This document shows, one piece after another, positions 37,128 through 47,389 of a DNA stretch of 64,000 nt. Both the position numbers and the translations under genes were made by a program. Under the pieces are notes generated by a model. It ran no database searches, was not told where the DNA came from, and worked only from the letters and a program-made list of their open reading frames with translations. The stretch comes from Candidatus Uhrbacteria bacterium (GTDB lineage: Bacteria; Patescibacteriota; Patescibacteriia; UBA9934; UBA10169), in the NCBI GenBank assembly GCA_016187485.1, contig JACPJO010000005.1, positions 226,385-290,384 on the forward strand. Direction: 5' to 3'. Position 1 is the first letter of the stretch. Each line of letters starts with the position of its first letter.

Positions 37128-39215
37128 ATGCTCGCACGAGCGCCGATCAACTATACCATCGCCAGCTTCTTCTATCTAGCGGTATTCGTGGCAAACCGAT
37201 TTGTTTTCGCATCTCCCCTCATCGGTGTCATTCTCCTCGGCCTCTTCTTTGCTCTCTTTGGCCGACAGCTTGGCGCGTGGTGTGTGCGGAATCTCTCCGT
37301 GTGGTGGCAAACCGCGATCGGGAGCGTGTTGCTTCTGAGCGCACTCATGGTTGCCGGTACAACGCTCTACTACGTCGCCTTTCTTCCAGAAGAACTGTGG
37401 GTTGTGCTCGTCCTTCTTACACCTGTGGCGGTCTGGCTTCTTCATCCACATTACCCCGCCTCTTTGAGTGAATTTTGGAAGAGCCGCCCGCATGCCGTTG
37501 CCCGCCCCCTTCTTCTCTCCGTCGCCGCGGGAATCGCGTTTCTCGTCGGACTCTTTCTGCTTGTGGGAAATGTTGAAATTCTCGACGCCGTGCGGTCCCC
37601 ATGGGAGCGTGTCCCCCTCGTTGTTTTTTGGCTTTTCGGTCTCCTTGCACTCATCCTCTCTACTCTTTGTTTCTACGGACGGAGCCGCGCGCTCACCTTC
37701 CCCCTCGTTGTCACGTCTCTTTTTTTGGTCCTCGCGGTCGCCATTCTCGTTTATCCCCTCGGATTTGGATTCGACAGCTTCCTTCACCGTGCCACGGAAT
37801 CCCACATCGCACAGTTCGGTTCTATTGATCCAAAACCTCTGTACTACATCGGGCAATATGTGCTCGTCTTATTCACCAGTTCGGCTTTTTCTCTTTCCCT
37901 TCCCCTTGTTGATCGGCTTCTCGTTCCCGTCCTTGCCGCTCTGCTCATCCCCGCCGCGTGGTATTTCGCAAGCGGTACGCTCGGAAAAAATAAACGGGGG
38001 AGCTTCTTTTCCCTCATTGGTGTTTTTCTTCTCCCGCTCTCTGGATGGATTGTCACGACCCCGCAGGGACTAGCAAATCTTTGGACGCTCCTCCTCATCC
38101 TTCTCTCTCTTCCCTATCTCTCCACCCGCGAAGGGCTGGGCCTCCGCCCTCTTGCCCTCCTCACAGCCGCCGCACTCGCCATCCATCCGCTCGCCGGCAT
38201 TCCCGCCCTTCTCTACCTTGCCCTCGTCATCGCGCATGTGCACAGCTCTAAAAAAGTCCTTTGGCTTGTCGCGCTCGGAGGAAGCGTGAGTTTGCCCATC
38301 ATCTTTGCTATCAACTCGGCCATCTCCGGCCTTCCCATGCGGTTTGACCTCTCCGCTGTCTCTCCTCTCTCCTGGCTCGACTCCATGCGTCTCAATTTAG
38401 TCTTCCAAAGCGGCTACGACATTTTGCTTGACGTTGTCTATCTCTTTTCTGCTAACCACCTCCTTCTTTTCCTTCTCATCGGTGGCTGGATGCTCTGGAG
38501 CTTGCGACATGCGATGCCGGCTTCTCTTCGTCTCCCCGCCATCATGGCCGGCGTCATGCTCATCAACTATCTATTCTTATCGAGTGCCGTCGAGTTCAGT
38601 TTCTTGATTGATTACGAACGGTCCAACTACGCCAACCGCCTTCTGGTTCTTGTGTTCTTTTTCTTGGCGCCCTACCTCCTTTTATTTTTGTCGCGCACGT
38701 GGGAACGTGTAGCGAATGGCCCTGTGGTGAGTCGTGCCTTCCTCTGCATCATCGTTGCATCCCTCCTCACGAGCCAGTTCTACCTCACCTACCCACGCCG
38801 TGATAACTACGAGACGAGCCACGGGTTCAACACAAGTGTGGCAGATGTTGCCGCTGTGGAATACATTCACGAGAACGCGCCGACGGACTACCTTGTGCTC
38901 TCCAACCAGCAGGTAGCCGCAGCCGCTGTGGAGCGCTACGGGTTCCTGCGATATTACGATGACGCCTTTTACTACCCTATTCCCACCGGCGGCGAAATGT
39001 ACCAGAAGTTTCTTGCTATGAACGAACGGCCGACACGCGAGATTATGCTCGAAGCCATGCAGAAAGCCAGCGTGTACACGGCGTATTATGTCGTAGACAA
39101 TTATTGGTGGGAGGCGCCGCGGATTATTGAGACCGCAAAAACTAACGCGGACGAATGGATCGCCCTTCGTGAGGGGGCAGTGCACGTGTTTCGTTACAAT
39201 CGGCTAGATCGTTGA
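37128..39215 (+). CDS. Large polytopic membrane protein, possibly GT-C fold
   Basis: More than 15 hydrophobic segments; GFDSFLH, YPIPTGG. Confidence 0.75.
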   Translation: MLARAPINYTIASFFYLAVFVANRFVFASPLIGVILLGLFFALFGRQLGAWCVRNLSVWWQTAIGSVLLLSALMVAGTTLYYVAFLPEELWVVLVLLTPVAVWLLHPHYPASLSEFWKSRPHAVARPLLLSVAAGIAFLVGLFLLVGNVEILDAVRSPWERVPLVVFWLFGLLALILSTLCFYGRSRALTFPLVVTSLFLVLAVAILVYPLGFGFDSFLHRATESHIAQFGSIDPKPLYYIGQYVLVLFTSSAFSLSLPLVDRLLVPVLAALLIPAAWYFASGTLGKNKRGSFFSLIGVFLLPLSGWIVTTPQGLANLWTLLLILLSLPYLSTREGLGLRPLALLTAAALAIHPLAGIPALLYLALVIAHVHSSKKVLWLVALGGSVSLPIIFAINSAISGLPMRFDLSAVSPLSWLDSMRLNLVFQSGYDILLDVVYLFSANHLLLFLLIGGWMLWSLRHAMPASLRLPAIMAGVMLINYLFLSSAVEFSFLIDYERSNYANRLLVLVFFFLAPYLLLFLSRTWERVANGPVVSRAFLCIIVASLLTSQFYLTYPRRDNYETSHGFNTSVADVAAVEYIHENAPTDYLVLSNQQVAAAAVERYGFLRYYDDAFYYPIPTGGEMYQKFLAMNERPTREIMLEAMQKASVYTAYYVVDNYWWEAPRIIETAKTNADEWIALREGAVHVFRYNRLDR

Positions 39216-40379
39216 AAGAAGATGAAGAAAACGTTCTCGATAAAGATCCGCGCTGAATCGTTCCGCGCGCGTTTTGATTTCTTCTCTCGCGTTGGGTCGC
39301 GTAAGAACCACGTTGATCTTCTGCGCGAGTTCTTCCGCGTTTCCCGGCGTCACCAGTTCACCATCTCCCACTTCTAACAACTCCGGGATACCCCCAATGC
39401 GCGAAGCAACCACCGGCGTGCCCACCGATAAGGATTCCAAAATTACGTTGGGGGTATTTTCATAACACAAAGACGGGACGACAACCACGCGCGCGTGCTG
39501 CATGCGCGCGTGTACTTTTGCAGGCGAGAGCCGGCCCAACACTTCCACCGACGCGCAGCTTCCCACAAACGCCGCAACTTCCTTGACGAGCGATCCGTCT
39601 CCGGCAACGGCCAATCGCGCGCCTTGCACATGTGGCCATGCCTCAAGCAGTGTACGGAGTCCCTTGTGAGGCTCAAGCTGGCTTACACACAACACGACCG
39701 GTTCTTTTGTCTCCCCTCCAGATTCATCGGCCACAAGCGTCGGATCCCACGACACGGGATTTTGCACAACGGCTGTCTGGCTATCCGGGAAAAATCCTGC
39801 CGCGCGGTGCTCATCCAAAAGATAGCGCGAGGGTGACACGACAAGGGCGGGATTGCCAATCAAGGAACGCGTCGTCGCCATATAGCGGCCCTGAAAAAAA
39901 CTCTCGGTCTGCCAATGATGTTCCGCCCCCCATATCTTGAGCCCGCTTGGCACAAGAAGTTGAAGATCGTGGAGGACGTGCACGTGCGGGATGCCGCTTG
40001 ACTGAATTGCGCGGAACGCTTGAAGACCAAATCCCTTCATGTTATGCGTCACAATGAGATCCGGCTGCTCCGTCTTGATAGCAGAAACGACAAGGGCCGC
40101 GGGAAACCTTCCAAACGTGTCGCGCGCGTGCCACAGCATGCGTTTCCAAAACGGCTGCCCGGCATCGTGTAGCGTGTGATACAGATTGCGCGGCCGGAAA
40201 CGCCGAACCGTGAGCCCCGACTCCATACGTGTCTCGGGCATCGCGCCGGACGGAGTGGTGGAAAGAACCACGACTTCGTGGCCGGCACGTGCTAAAAGCT
40301 TGGCCTGCAGCTCGGCGATACGCTCCGCGCCGCCGCGCACGAAGGGCGGAAAAAGATTGGAGAGAAGAAGAATCTTCAC
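39204..40379 (-). CDS. Glycosyltransferase family 4
   Basis: GGAE, HKG, PSLCYENTPNVILES. Confidence 0.9.
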   Translation of the reverse strand: MKILLLSNLFPPFVRGGAERIAELQAKLLARAGHEVVVLSTTPSGAMPETRMESGLTVRRFRPRNLYHTLHDAGQPFWKRMLWHARDTFGRFPAALVVSAIKTEQPDLIVTHNMKGFGLQAFRAIQSSGIPHVHVLHDLQLLVPSGLKIWGAEHHWQTESFFQGRYMATTRSLIGNPALVVSPSRYLLDEHRAAGFFPDSQTAVVQNPVSWDPTLVADESGGETKEPVVLCVSQLEPHKGLRTLLEAWPHVQGARLAVAGDGSLVKEVAAFVGSCASVEVLGRLSPAKVHARMQHARVVVVPSLCYENTPNVILESLSVGTPVVASRIGGIPELLEVGDGELVTPGNAEELAQKINVVLTRPNAREEIKTRAERFSADLYRERFLHLLSTI

Positions 40380-41515
40380 ACGGATTTCACAAGGCCGCGG
40401 TACACACTTGCAAGCCGTTCAATGATAGGCGGCCAGGCATACTCAATCTCGGCACGGCGGCGCGCCTGTTCCCCCATGCGCTCCGCAATCGTCGGGTTTG
40501 TCACAAAGGTGCGGAGCGCACCGGCCAACGATGTTGCATCGCGCGGCGCGGCTCGCAGTCCCGTCTGTCCATCAAGCACGACCGTGCGCACACCGGGCAG
40601 ATCGCTCACGACGGAGGGGATGCCGCTTGCCGCCGCCTCAAGCGTCACCATGCCAAACGCCTCCGAACGGTCGGTCGAAGGCAGAACATGCACCGTTGCG
40701 GCGCGGTAATAATCGGGAAGATCTTTGTGCGCCACTTTGCCGGCAAAATGCACGCGCTTGGCCACGGCGCTTATTTGCGTCATGGCTTCATAACTTGCGC
40801 GCGCATTTCCCTCGCCCACAATGAGCGCGTGCCAGCCCACATCGGCCATCTTCTCAAGCGCATCCAGAAGAACGGCGACACCTTTGAAGTAATGCGCATC
40901 GTCAAGGCCACCCACAAACAAAATCACCGGCTCCGTGTCGGGGATATTATGGCGCGCACGAATAGAGGGGGCGCGTCCGGGCGAAAACCGTTCAAGGTCT
41001 ACGCCAAAGGGAATCTCCTCCACGCGCATATCGTCCAAAATAAGCCGGATGTCGGATGACTCGGCGTAGTCCATCGAGCTCACCAGAATCCTGTCCGCAC
41101 GACGCATGATGGACGGCATGAGCGCGCGGCGGTGCGCCGCAAATACAAGCCGCTTCGCGCCATGCGCCACAACGTCCATGTGGTATGTCACGACAAGCGG
41201 AATTTTTTTGTTGGTCAGCTCCTCAAACGCCACGACCTCCGCTCCTCCAAAAAACGGGTAATGCAAGTGGATCAGATCATACTGCGACAAGACACTGCGC
41301 AGACGTGGAATAAATGCGGCATTTCCCCACTCCACCAGCGGTGCCATGCGGTGCACATACGGAGGATCCTCCGTATAGTGATTCGTCCTGTATGCAGGCG
41401 TGGTCACATGCACATCCATCCCCGCATCGCGGAGCCGACTCGTGTATTCTTGCGCAATGGCTCCGATTCCTCCCGCATACGGAGGATACACGGGGGTCAC
41501 CTGTACTATTTTCAT
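40376..41515 (-). CDS. Glycosyltransferase family 4
   Basis: PYAGGI, FKG, EAFGMVTLEA. Confidence 0.9.
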   Translation of the reverse strand: MKIVQVTPVYPPYAGGIGAIAQEYTSRLRDAGMDVHVTTPAYRTNHYTEDPPYVHRMAPLVEWGNAAFIPRLRSVLSQYDLIHLHYPFFGGAEVVAFEELTNKKIPLVVTYHMDVVAHGAKRLVFAAHRRALMPSIMRRADRILVSSMDYAESSDIRLILDDMRVEEIPFGVDLERFSPGRAPSIRARHNIPDTEPVILFVGGLDDAHYFKGVAVLLDALEKMADVGWHALIVGEGNARASYEAMTQISAVAKRVHFAGKVAHKDLPDYYRAATVHVLPSTDRSEAFGMVTLEAAASGIPSVVSDLPGVRTVVLDGQTGLRAAPRDATSLAGALRTFVTNPTIAERMGEQARRRAEIEYAWPPIIERLASVYRGLVKSV

Positions 41516-42588
41516 AGACATCTCTTTGCAATAATCCAATAGAGAGCGAGGGAGGGATTTAAAAGCGCGCGTACAAAAAACCGATCAACCTCTTGATGCT
41601 TGATGCGCCCAACAAACAGCGCACAAACTTCGCGGTCACTTTGCATACGCAGTTGCCCTATCATTTTGCGCGTTTTCCGTATATAGCGCCAGCAGCACGG
41701 GTCTACCATCCACAACCAACTGCGCACTTTTTGCCCTCCCCAGCCGCCAGAGAGCGCGCCTGCGAACACAACTGCCTCCATAAAAAGAAGGGCCGGAGCA
41801 AGAAGAAGGAGGCTCCGCCACGACAAATGGGAAATATGCGTGAGCAGGCGGTTGCGCTCCATCCAGTACATTTTTTTCGTACTGCGGCGAAATTCGTAAT
41901 CATGAAAAACTTCCGCCGAAGGGGCAAGGATACTCTCCCACCCTGCAAGTCGCAGTCGCCACCCCATTTCCAAATCTTCGTGGTACATCCAAAAAAACTC
42001 TTCCAGTAGTCCAACATCACGAAGGGCTTTTGCGCGATAGAGCACTCCCGCACCGCTTGCGTACCCGATCCTCTCTCCCTCTCTGTAGGCATATGACGTG
42101 CGGAACTCTCCAAGATTACGTGTGATGCCAAACCCAAGATAGTGTATATCGTTGCCGCTTGTGTTGATACGTGTCGGATCATTCCACAGAAGAATCATTG
42201 GCTGCACGGCACCGGCTTGTGGATGCACCTCTGCCACACGAACAGCTTCGCTGATTGTTGTAGGAGCGAGTTTCGCGTCGTTGTTGAGGAGAAACACATA
42301 GTCATAGCCGTGATCAAGCGCCCAGCGGATGCCTTGATTATTCCCTTTTGCAAAGCCAACGTTTTCGTCATTCTCCACAAAGATGACTTCGGGAAGATTA
42401 CGACCGGAACGCGGCACGATATGCTCACGCACATATCGCGCGGAAGGGCCGTGACACGAATTGTCTACAATCACCCACGCCACGTGGTCACGCGGGTATA
42501 CCGTCTCCGTCAAAGACAAAGCCGCCTCGTTGAGGTAACGAGGCTCGTCGTAATAGGTAAGCGAGATGACGGCGACACGCTTAGTCAT
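41512..42588 (-). CDS. Glycosyltransferase family 2 (rhamnosyltransferase-like)
   Basis: NVGFAKGNN, LLNND, FWMYHED. Confidence 0.88.
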   Translation of the reverse strand: MTKRVAVISLTYYDEPRYLNEAALSLTETVYPRDHVAWVIVDNSCHGPSARYVREHIVPRSGRNLPEVIFVENDENVGFAKGNNQGIRWALDHGYDYVFLLNNDAKLAPTTISEAVRVAEVHPQAGAVQPMILLWNDPTRINTSGNDIHYLGFGITRNLGEFRTSYAYREGERIGYASGAGVLYRAKALRDVGLLEEFFWMYHEDLEMGWRLRLAGWESILAPSAEVFHDYEFRRSTKKMYWMERNRLLTHISHLSWRSLLLLAPALLFMEAVVFAGALSGGWGGQKVRSWLWMVDPCCWRYIRKTRKMIGQLRMQSDREVCALFVGRIKHQEVDRFFVRALLNPSLALYWIIAKRCL

Positions 42589-42913
42589 GAGGATCTTCCT
42601 TAAGAGCAATGGAGCGCACAAGCTGGCTCATGTCCTGTTCCACGCGCTCCAGTTTCACAAAGAGACGAAAGACCAGATAAAAGAGCGCGGCAAGCGAGAC
42701 ATAAATGACGAGATCTGCACCGCGGCCTACTCCAAGCCGATTGGCAAACCACTGGGTTGTCTGCGGCAAAAGCGCCACAAGTCCGACCGCAAGCCAAAAC
42801 AACACCCACCCCGCGGCCCGCACAAGGGAAAGCTGGCCTCGCCGCACTTGGCCGAGCGCGCGCACGATGGCAAACAGACAGAACAAGAGAATAGCAACTT
42901 GAATACCGAGCAT
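42581..42913 (-). CDS. DUF2304 family membrane protein
   Basis: LGVGRGADL; follows a GT2 gene as is typical for this family. Confidence 0.85.
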   Translation of the reverse strand: MLGIQVAILLFCLFAIVRALGQVRRGQLSLVRAAGWVLFWLAVGLVALLPQTTQWFANRLGVGRGADLVIYVSLAALFYLVFRLFVKLERVEQDMSQLVRSIALKEDPHD

Positions 42914-42915
42914 AA

Positions 42916-43581
42916 CTACATCAGTTTACGCAAGAGAAGTTTCCCTGCCGTAGAGAGTCCCACAAAAAAGCTCTGGCCCTTTGACAGAGAGTAGTCTGTG
43001 TACTTCACCGAACAAGGAATTTCACAGAAAGAAATATTTTTATCGCGGATTTCCTTAATGAACTCAGACGAGACTTCCATGCGATTGCTCCGAAGCGTCA
43101 GACGCGAGGCGCCCGCCCGTGTGAACGCGCGGAAACCGCTTTGCGAATCCGTGACCCACAGACCGAAGAGTGCCCACGTCACGGCATTGCCAATCCAATT
43201 ATACAAACGGCGATACGCCGGCATACCAGATTTCTGGAGCAGCCGCGAGCCGATAACCGCATCTACATGCTTCTCTTCGATTGCGCGGATAAAATGCGGG
43301 ATCTCGGAGGGATCGTGCTGGCCATCGGCGTCAAGCGTGATAAGTATGTCTGCACCGCGCTTGAGCGCTGCAGAAATCCCTGTGGCAAGGGTCGCCCCAA
43401 GTCCGCGGTTCATTATGTGCGCGTACACGCAAGCCCCTGCTTCTTTTGCCCGTTTGGCCGTTTCATCTTTCGATCCATCGTCAATCACCACAACTTCGGA
43501 AACAAAAGGAAGAGCGGCTCTCACCACCGATCCTACCATCGACGCCTCATTGTACGCGGGAATAACCGCAATAATTTTCAC
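42916..43581 (-). CDS. GT2, polyprenol-phosphate glycosyltransferase-like
   Basis: IPAYNE, DDGSKD, LDADGQH, TDSQSGFRA. Confidence 0.9.
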   Translation of the reverse strand: MKIIAVIPAYNEASMVGSVVRAALPFVSEVVVIDDGSKDETAKRAKEAGACVYAHIMNRGLGATLATGISAALKRGADILITLDADGQHDPSEIPHFIRAIEEKHVDAVIGSRLLQKSGMPAYRRLYNWIGNAVTWALFGLWVTDSQSGFRAFTRAGASRLTLRSNRMEVSSEFIKEIRDKNISFCEIPCSVKYTDYSLSKGQSFFVGLSTAGKLLLRKLM

Positions 43582-44582
43582 ATGGCAGCAAGAACAATTT
43601 TGTTGGCTTGGATGTACTCAACCGTTTTACGCAAACCATCTTCAAGCCGCATGAGCGGGATCCAGCCGAGCTCTTTCGCTTTGTGGATGTCCGGCAGCAC
43701 AAGCTCGCTCAAAAACGGTAGGGGTGGCTGCTCGACAATCTCCGAAGCCGATCCTAACATGTCCTTAATTTTTTGAGCAACATCCGACAGAAGAAGATCT
43801 TGGTCGGACCCAATGTTAATGGGGCCTTCCACTTTTGCCGCCCGCATAAGTCGGATAAGACCGTCCACCACATCCTCCACATACACAAGCGACGTACGGA
43901 ACTGTCGGCCGCCGAAAATCTCCAGCGGCTTGCTCTCGATGGCGTTCAGAATGAAGTCGGGAATCAAATGCCCGTCAAAGAGCGGCATGCGCGGACCATA
44001 CGTGCGGAAGATACGTGCAATGCGCGCATCAATGCCGTGCACCTGCCGATACGTTTCAAACATCGTTTCGGAAAATCGCCGTCCTTCGTCGTAGCACGCG
44101 CGGGGGGAAAGGTGGTCCACAATGCCTTTCGCCTCTTCAGGCAAAAACTCTGCCGTGTTGTCTTCCCTTTTGCCGTAGACGACGGAACTTGAGGCAAGTA
44201 AGATTTTTGCGCGATACTTCACGGCCATTTCCAGCGCATAGTAATTTCCAAGCGAGCTTGAGAGAAGTGTTTGGATCTTAAATTGGTCAAACTGTTTAAT
44301 GGAAGTGGGGCACGCCAAGTGGTAAATTTCCTGAATGCCGTCGTAGGGGATCCGAAACGCGGAAAGTTCGCGGAAACGCTCCAGATCAAACGGTTCGTTT
44401 ACGTCCAACCGCAAGAACTGAAAGTTCGGATGCTGAAGGAGAGGCTCAATGTTGCGCACATGGCTCGTGGCAAAATTATCCACGCATACCACTCGCATCC
44501 CCTGCCGCAAAAGCTCCTCGCACAAAAAGGAGCCGATAAATCCCGCCCCGCCCGTCACTACCGCTGTATGCATTTGACTCAT
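43578..44582 (-). CDS. UDP-glucuronate decarboxylase-like NAD-dependent epimerase/dehydratase
   Basis: VTGGAGFIGS, IYHLACP, RACYDEGRR, RIFRTYGPRM. Confidence 0.85.
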   Translation of the reverse strand: MSQMHTAVVTGGAGFIGSFLCEELLRQGMRVVCVDNFATSHVRNIEPLLQHPNFQFLRLDVNEPFDLERFRELSAFRIPYDGIQEIYHLACPTSIKQFDQFKIQTLLSSSLGNYYALEMAVKYRAKILLASSSVVYGKREDNTAEFLPEEAKGIVDHLSPRACYDEGRRFSETMFETYRQVHGIDARIARIFRTYGPRMPLFDGHLIPDFILNAIESKPLEIFGGRQFRTSLVYVEDVVDGLIRLMRAAKVEGPINIGSDQDLLLSDVAQKIKDMLGSASEIVEQPPLPFLSELVLPDIHKAKELGWIPLMRLEDGLRKTVEYIQANKIVLAAM

Positions 44583-44597
44583 ATAGGCCCTAGTATA

Positions 44598-46601
44598 TCA
44601 GAATGTCCACGCACCTACGGTAACCCCCGTCCCGCTCACCTCGTTGGTCTTCCATCTTTCTTCGCTGTCCCCCTTATACATCACAAGCTCACGCGCCTGA
44701 TCGTCCGTCATTAAAAGGTCGTCCGTGCCGTTCCCGTCAATATCTCCCACCCCAACTTGTACAAGTTTAGCCACATCCACAAAGCGCGGTTTGCGCGTCC
44801 ACAAAAGCGTGCCTTGATAGGTAAAGGCCCGTGCCTCCATCACGCCGTCACGGCTTCCGACAACAATATCTTTCCGCCCGTTCCCGTCCACGTCGCCAAG
44901 CGCCAGCGTGACGCCTTTTGCATCCGTAGCATTAAAGACTTCGATGCGATTGAGTTCCGTGCCGTCTCCACGCAAGATAATCGCCTGGTTAAGCCCATTG
45001 GCCGACGTAAGCACGATTTCGTCACCGAGTTTCCCGTCCACATCCCCTACCGCCACATGCGCACCGCGAAGCGCGGGGTCCATCGGCAGGCGTTTCACCA
45101 GCTCACCCGTAAGCGAATAAATTTCCACTTGGCTTGCCGTAGGCTCAAAAGCGCTCACGACGAATTCCATCTGCCCGTCACCGCCGATATCGCCAACCGC
45201 AACGTCAAACCCGGAGCGGAAACCGGCAAACGCTTGAAACTGCCCGCGGAGCGCTCCATTCATCTCAAACCATCGTACATGCGCCGTTCCCTCGCTTGCC
45301 GGAACGACCACGATTTCCGCTTCTCCATCTTGGTCAATATCAGCAACAGTCACCGTCACGCCGCCCGTAAATGACTCATCATACACAAGGTAGCTCCCAA
45401 GATGCTCGCGTTCCGCATTGAAAACATTCACTTCGGGTCGCGCGCCGGGGCCTGCGGCAAAAACTACTGGCGAACGCGTGAGACCTCGCACGACAGGCGG
45501 CGCAAAGTGCGGAGCGATCTCAAATGCGCGAGCAATGTTCAGACGTCCTGCCCCCACTTTTGCCGCGTGAGGAGTTCCGGCCGTGCGCAGGGGATCCACA
45601 GAAAGTTGCAGTACAATTTTCACTTCTTCCGGCGTGAGCGAAGGAAAACGGGAGAGGAGAAGCGCAACGGCTCCCGTTACAACCGGCGCCGCTGTAGACG
45701 TGCCTTGCCAGTTGCCTCGATAATAGTCACGGAAAAATTGGTTAAGATCGTTTTGATAAATAGGGCCGAACATCTCAAGCCCCGGGGCGGCAATGTCCGT
45801 ACAGCGTTTGCCGTAATTCGAGAAATCCGCTTTCTCGTCAGTGCGCGTGGACGCCGCCACCCCGATGACCCAATCCTCGCCGGTGGAGCCAAAAAGACAC
45901 GCAGGGTAAATAGGATGGACATCGAGATCGGCTTTGCCGTTGCGCCCATCGTTCCCCACTGCTGCCACCACCACCACGCCATGATCGTACGCGCGCTTGA
46001 TCGTCTGTGAAAACGTATTGTCAATCCGGTCACCAGTGAAACTTAAATTGATTACCTCGGCACCGTTGGCCACCGCATAATTTACTGCGGCAATCGCCGC
46101 GTCTTCAGTTCCGGAACCGAGCGCATTCAAGATACGAAGCGGCATAATCTTCACCTGCCAGCTTATCCCCGTCACCCCCTCGGAATTGTCGCCCACTGCT
46201 CCGATAATGCCGGCCACAAGCGTTCCGTGATTGATCGCTGCCGGATCGAACGGTATCTGATCTGTTGGCGACGGGTTGTTGTCGTTTTCCACAAAATCCC
46301 ATCCGTCCACATCGTCTACGTAGCCGTTCAGATCGTTGTCTATACGGTCTCCGGGGATCTCGCGCGTGTTCTTCCAAAGATTCTCTGCAAAATCAGGATG
46401 GTTTAGATCTACGCCTGTATCAATCACCGCCACCACCACTTCACGGCTGCCCGTTGTCGTGTCCCACGCCGCTAGCGCTTGCACTTTCGGGAGAAACCAT
46501 TGGTTGCCAAAAAAGAAATCGTTGGGCGTGCGCGCCAAAACAGAGAACGGAACAAAAAAGACGGCAAGACCTACGACCAGTGCACGTTTCATCCTCCACA
46601 T
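44598..46601 (-). CDS. Secreted S8 (subtilisin) peptidase with FG-GAP-like repeats
   Basis: Catalytic triad motifs VIDTG, HGTLVAG, GTSTAAP; GDVDG repeats. Confidence 0.92.
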   Translation of the reverse strand: MWRMKRALVVGLAVFFVPFSVLARTPNDFFFGNQWFLPKVQALAAWDTTTGSREVVVAVIDTGVDLNHPDFAENLWKNTREIPGDRIDNDLNGYVDDVDGWDFVENDNNPSPTDQIPFDPAAINHGTLVAGIIGAVGDNSEGVTGISWQVKIMPLRILNALGSGTEDAAIAAVNYAVANGAEVINLSFTGDRIDNTFSQTIKRAYDHGVVVVAAVGNDGRNGKADLDVHPIYPACLFGSTGEDWVIGVAASTRTDEKADFSNYGKRCTDIAAPGLEMFGPIYQNDLNQFFRDYYRGNWQGTSTAAPVVTGAVALLLSRFPSLTPEEVKIVLQLSVDPLRTAGTPHAAKVGAGRLNIARAFEIAPHFAPPVVRGLTRSPVVFAAGPGARPEVNVFNAEREHLGSYLVYDESFTGGVTVTVADIDQDGEAEIVVVPASEGTAHVRWFEMNGALRGQFQAFAGFRSGFDVAVGDIGGDGQMEFVVSAFEPTASQVEIYSLTGELVKRLPMDPALRGAHVAVGDVDGKLGDEIVLTSANGLNQAIILRGDGTELNRIEVFNATDAKGVTLALGDVDGNGRKDIVVGSRDGVMEARAFTYQGTLLWTRKPRFVDVAKLVQVGVGDIDGNGTDDLLMTDDQARELVMYKGDSEERWKTNEVSGTGVTVGAWTF

Positions 46602-46604
46602 ACT

Positions 46605-47300
46605 CTACGGCGTCGCCTCTTGGCGCTTTTCAATAGAAAGTTGGCGCATTTCCTCAATTAACTCATCGTAGTCCGTCGTACTACTTATCTGCTTGGCTAC
46701 TTCATAATGCGACTGCGCCCGCACATAATCCCCCCCCTCGCGATACCAGTGTCCGAGACGAACCACAAGCGAGAGGTCCTGCCCAAATTGCTCGACTGCC
46801 AGTTCAAGAATTTTTCCTACGCGGTCTTTGTGTTCTGGAATGGATTCGTTGATCAAGTCCACAAGACGGGTAACGGTAACAATCTGCGCGCTCTCCTCAA
46901 GCGCCTGCAACCACCGCGCCTCGGCGCCTGAAACGTCACCCATGTCCGCAAGCGTCTGTCCCAAGTTTTCCAGTGCCGCCGCGTCCTTAGGATTAATCGC
47001 AAGAATGGCATTGTATTCCTGCTTCGCCAATCCAAGTTCCCCCGTCTGGTAGTAGAGGTTCCCAAGCCGCAAAAGTTTCACTATATCCGGTTTTTCATCG
47101 GCCGCGATGGAGGCTTTAAGAGTCGCGATGCGCACATCGTATTCCGCCCGCATCTCTGGCGTAAGTCCTTTGTCAATGTAGGTTTTAAACTTCTCATCAG
47201 AACGGTTCGCAAGCTCAGGCCGGACAATGAAGATAAGGAGAAGAGCAACCCCTACAGCGGCAACCGCCGCTACAACGCCATGATAATGCCTGGTGGCCAT
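46605..47300 (-). CDS. Membrane-anchored TPR protein
   Basis: TM segment, then LGNLYYQTGE...ALENLG; start MATRHY. Confidence 0.8.
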   Translation of the reverse strand: MATRHYHGVVAAVAAVGVALLLIFIVRPELANRSDEKFKTYIDKGLTPEMRAEYDVRIATLKASIAADEKPDIVKLLRLGNLYYQTGELGLAKQEYNAILAINPKDAAALENLGQTLADMGDVSGAEARWLQALEESAQIVTVTRLVDLINESIPEHKDRVGKILELAVEQFGQDLSLVVRLGHWYREGGDYVRAQSHYEVAKQISSTTDYDELIEEMRQLSIEKRQEATP

Positions 47301-47343
47301 AATGCCGATAGTATACGCAAGAAAGTAACGGATAGCAAAACCA

Positions 47344-47367
47344 AACTCCCCGGTCTCCCGGGGAGTT
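47344..47367 (-). terminator. Terminator after the large surface protein
   Basis: aactccccgg-tctc-ccggggagtt. Confidence 0.7.
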
Positions 47368-47389
47368 ATGGTTCTTACTAAGCGAGTGC

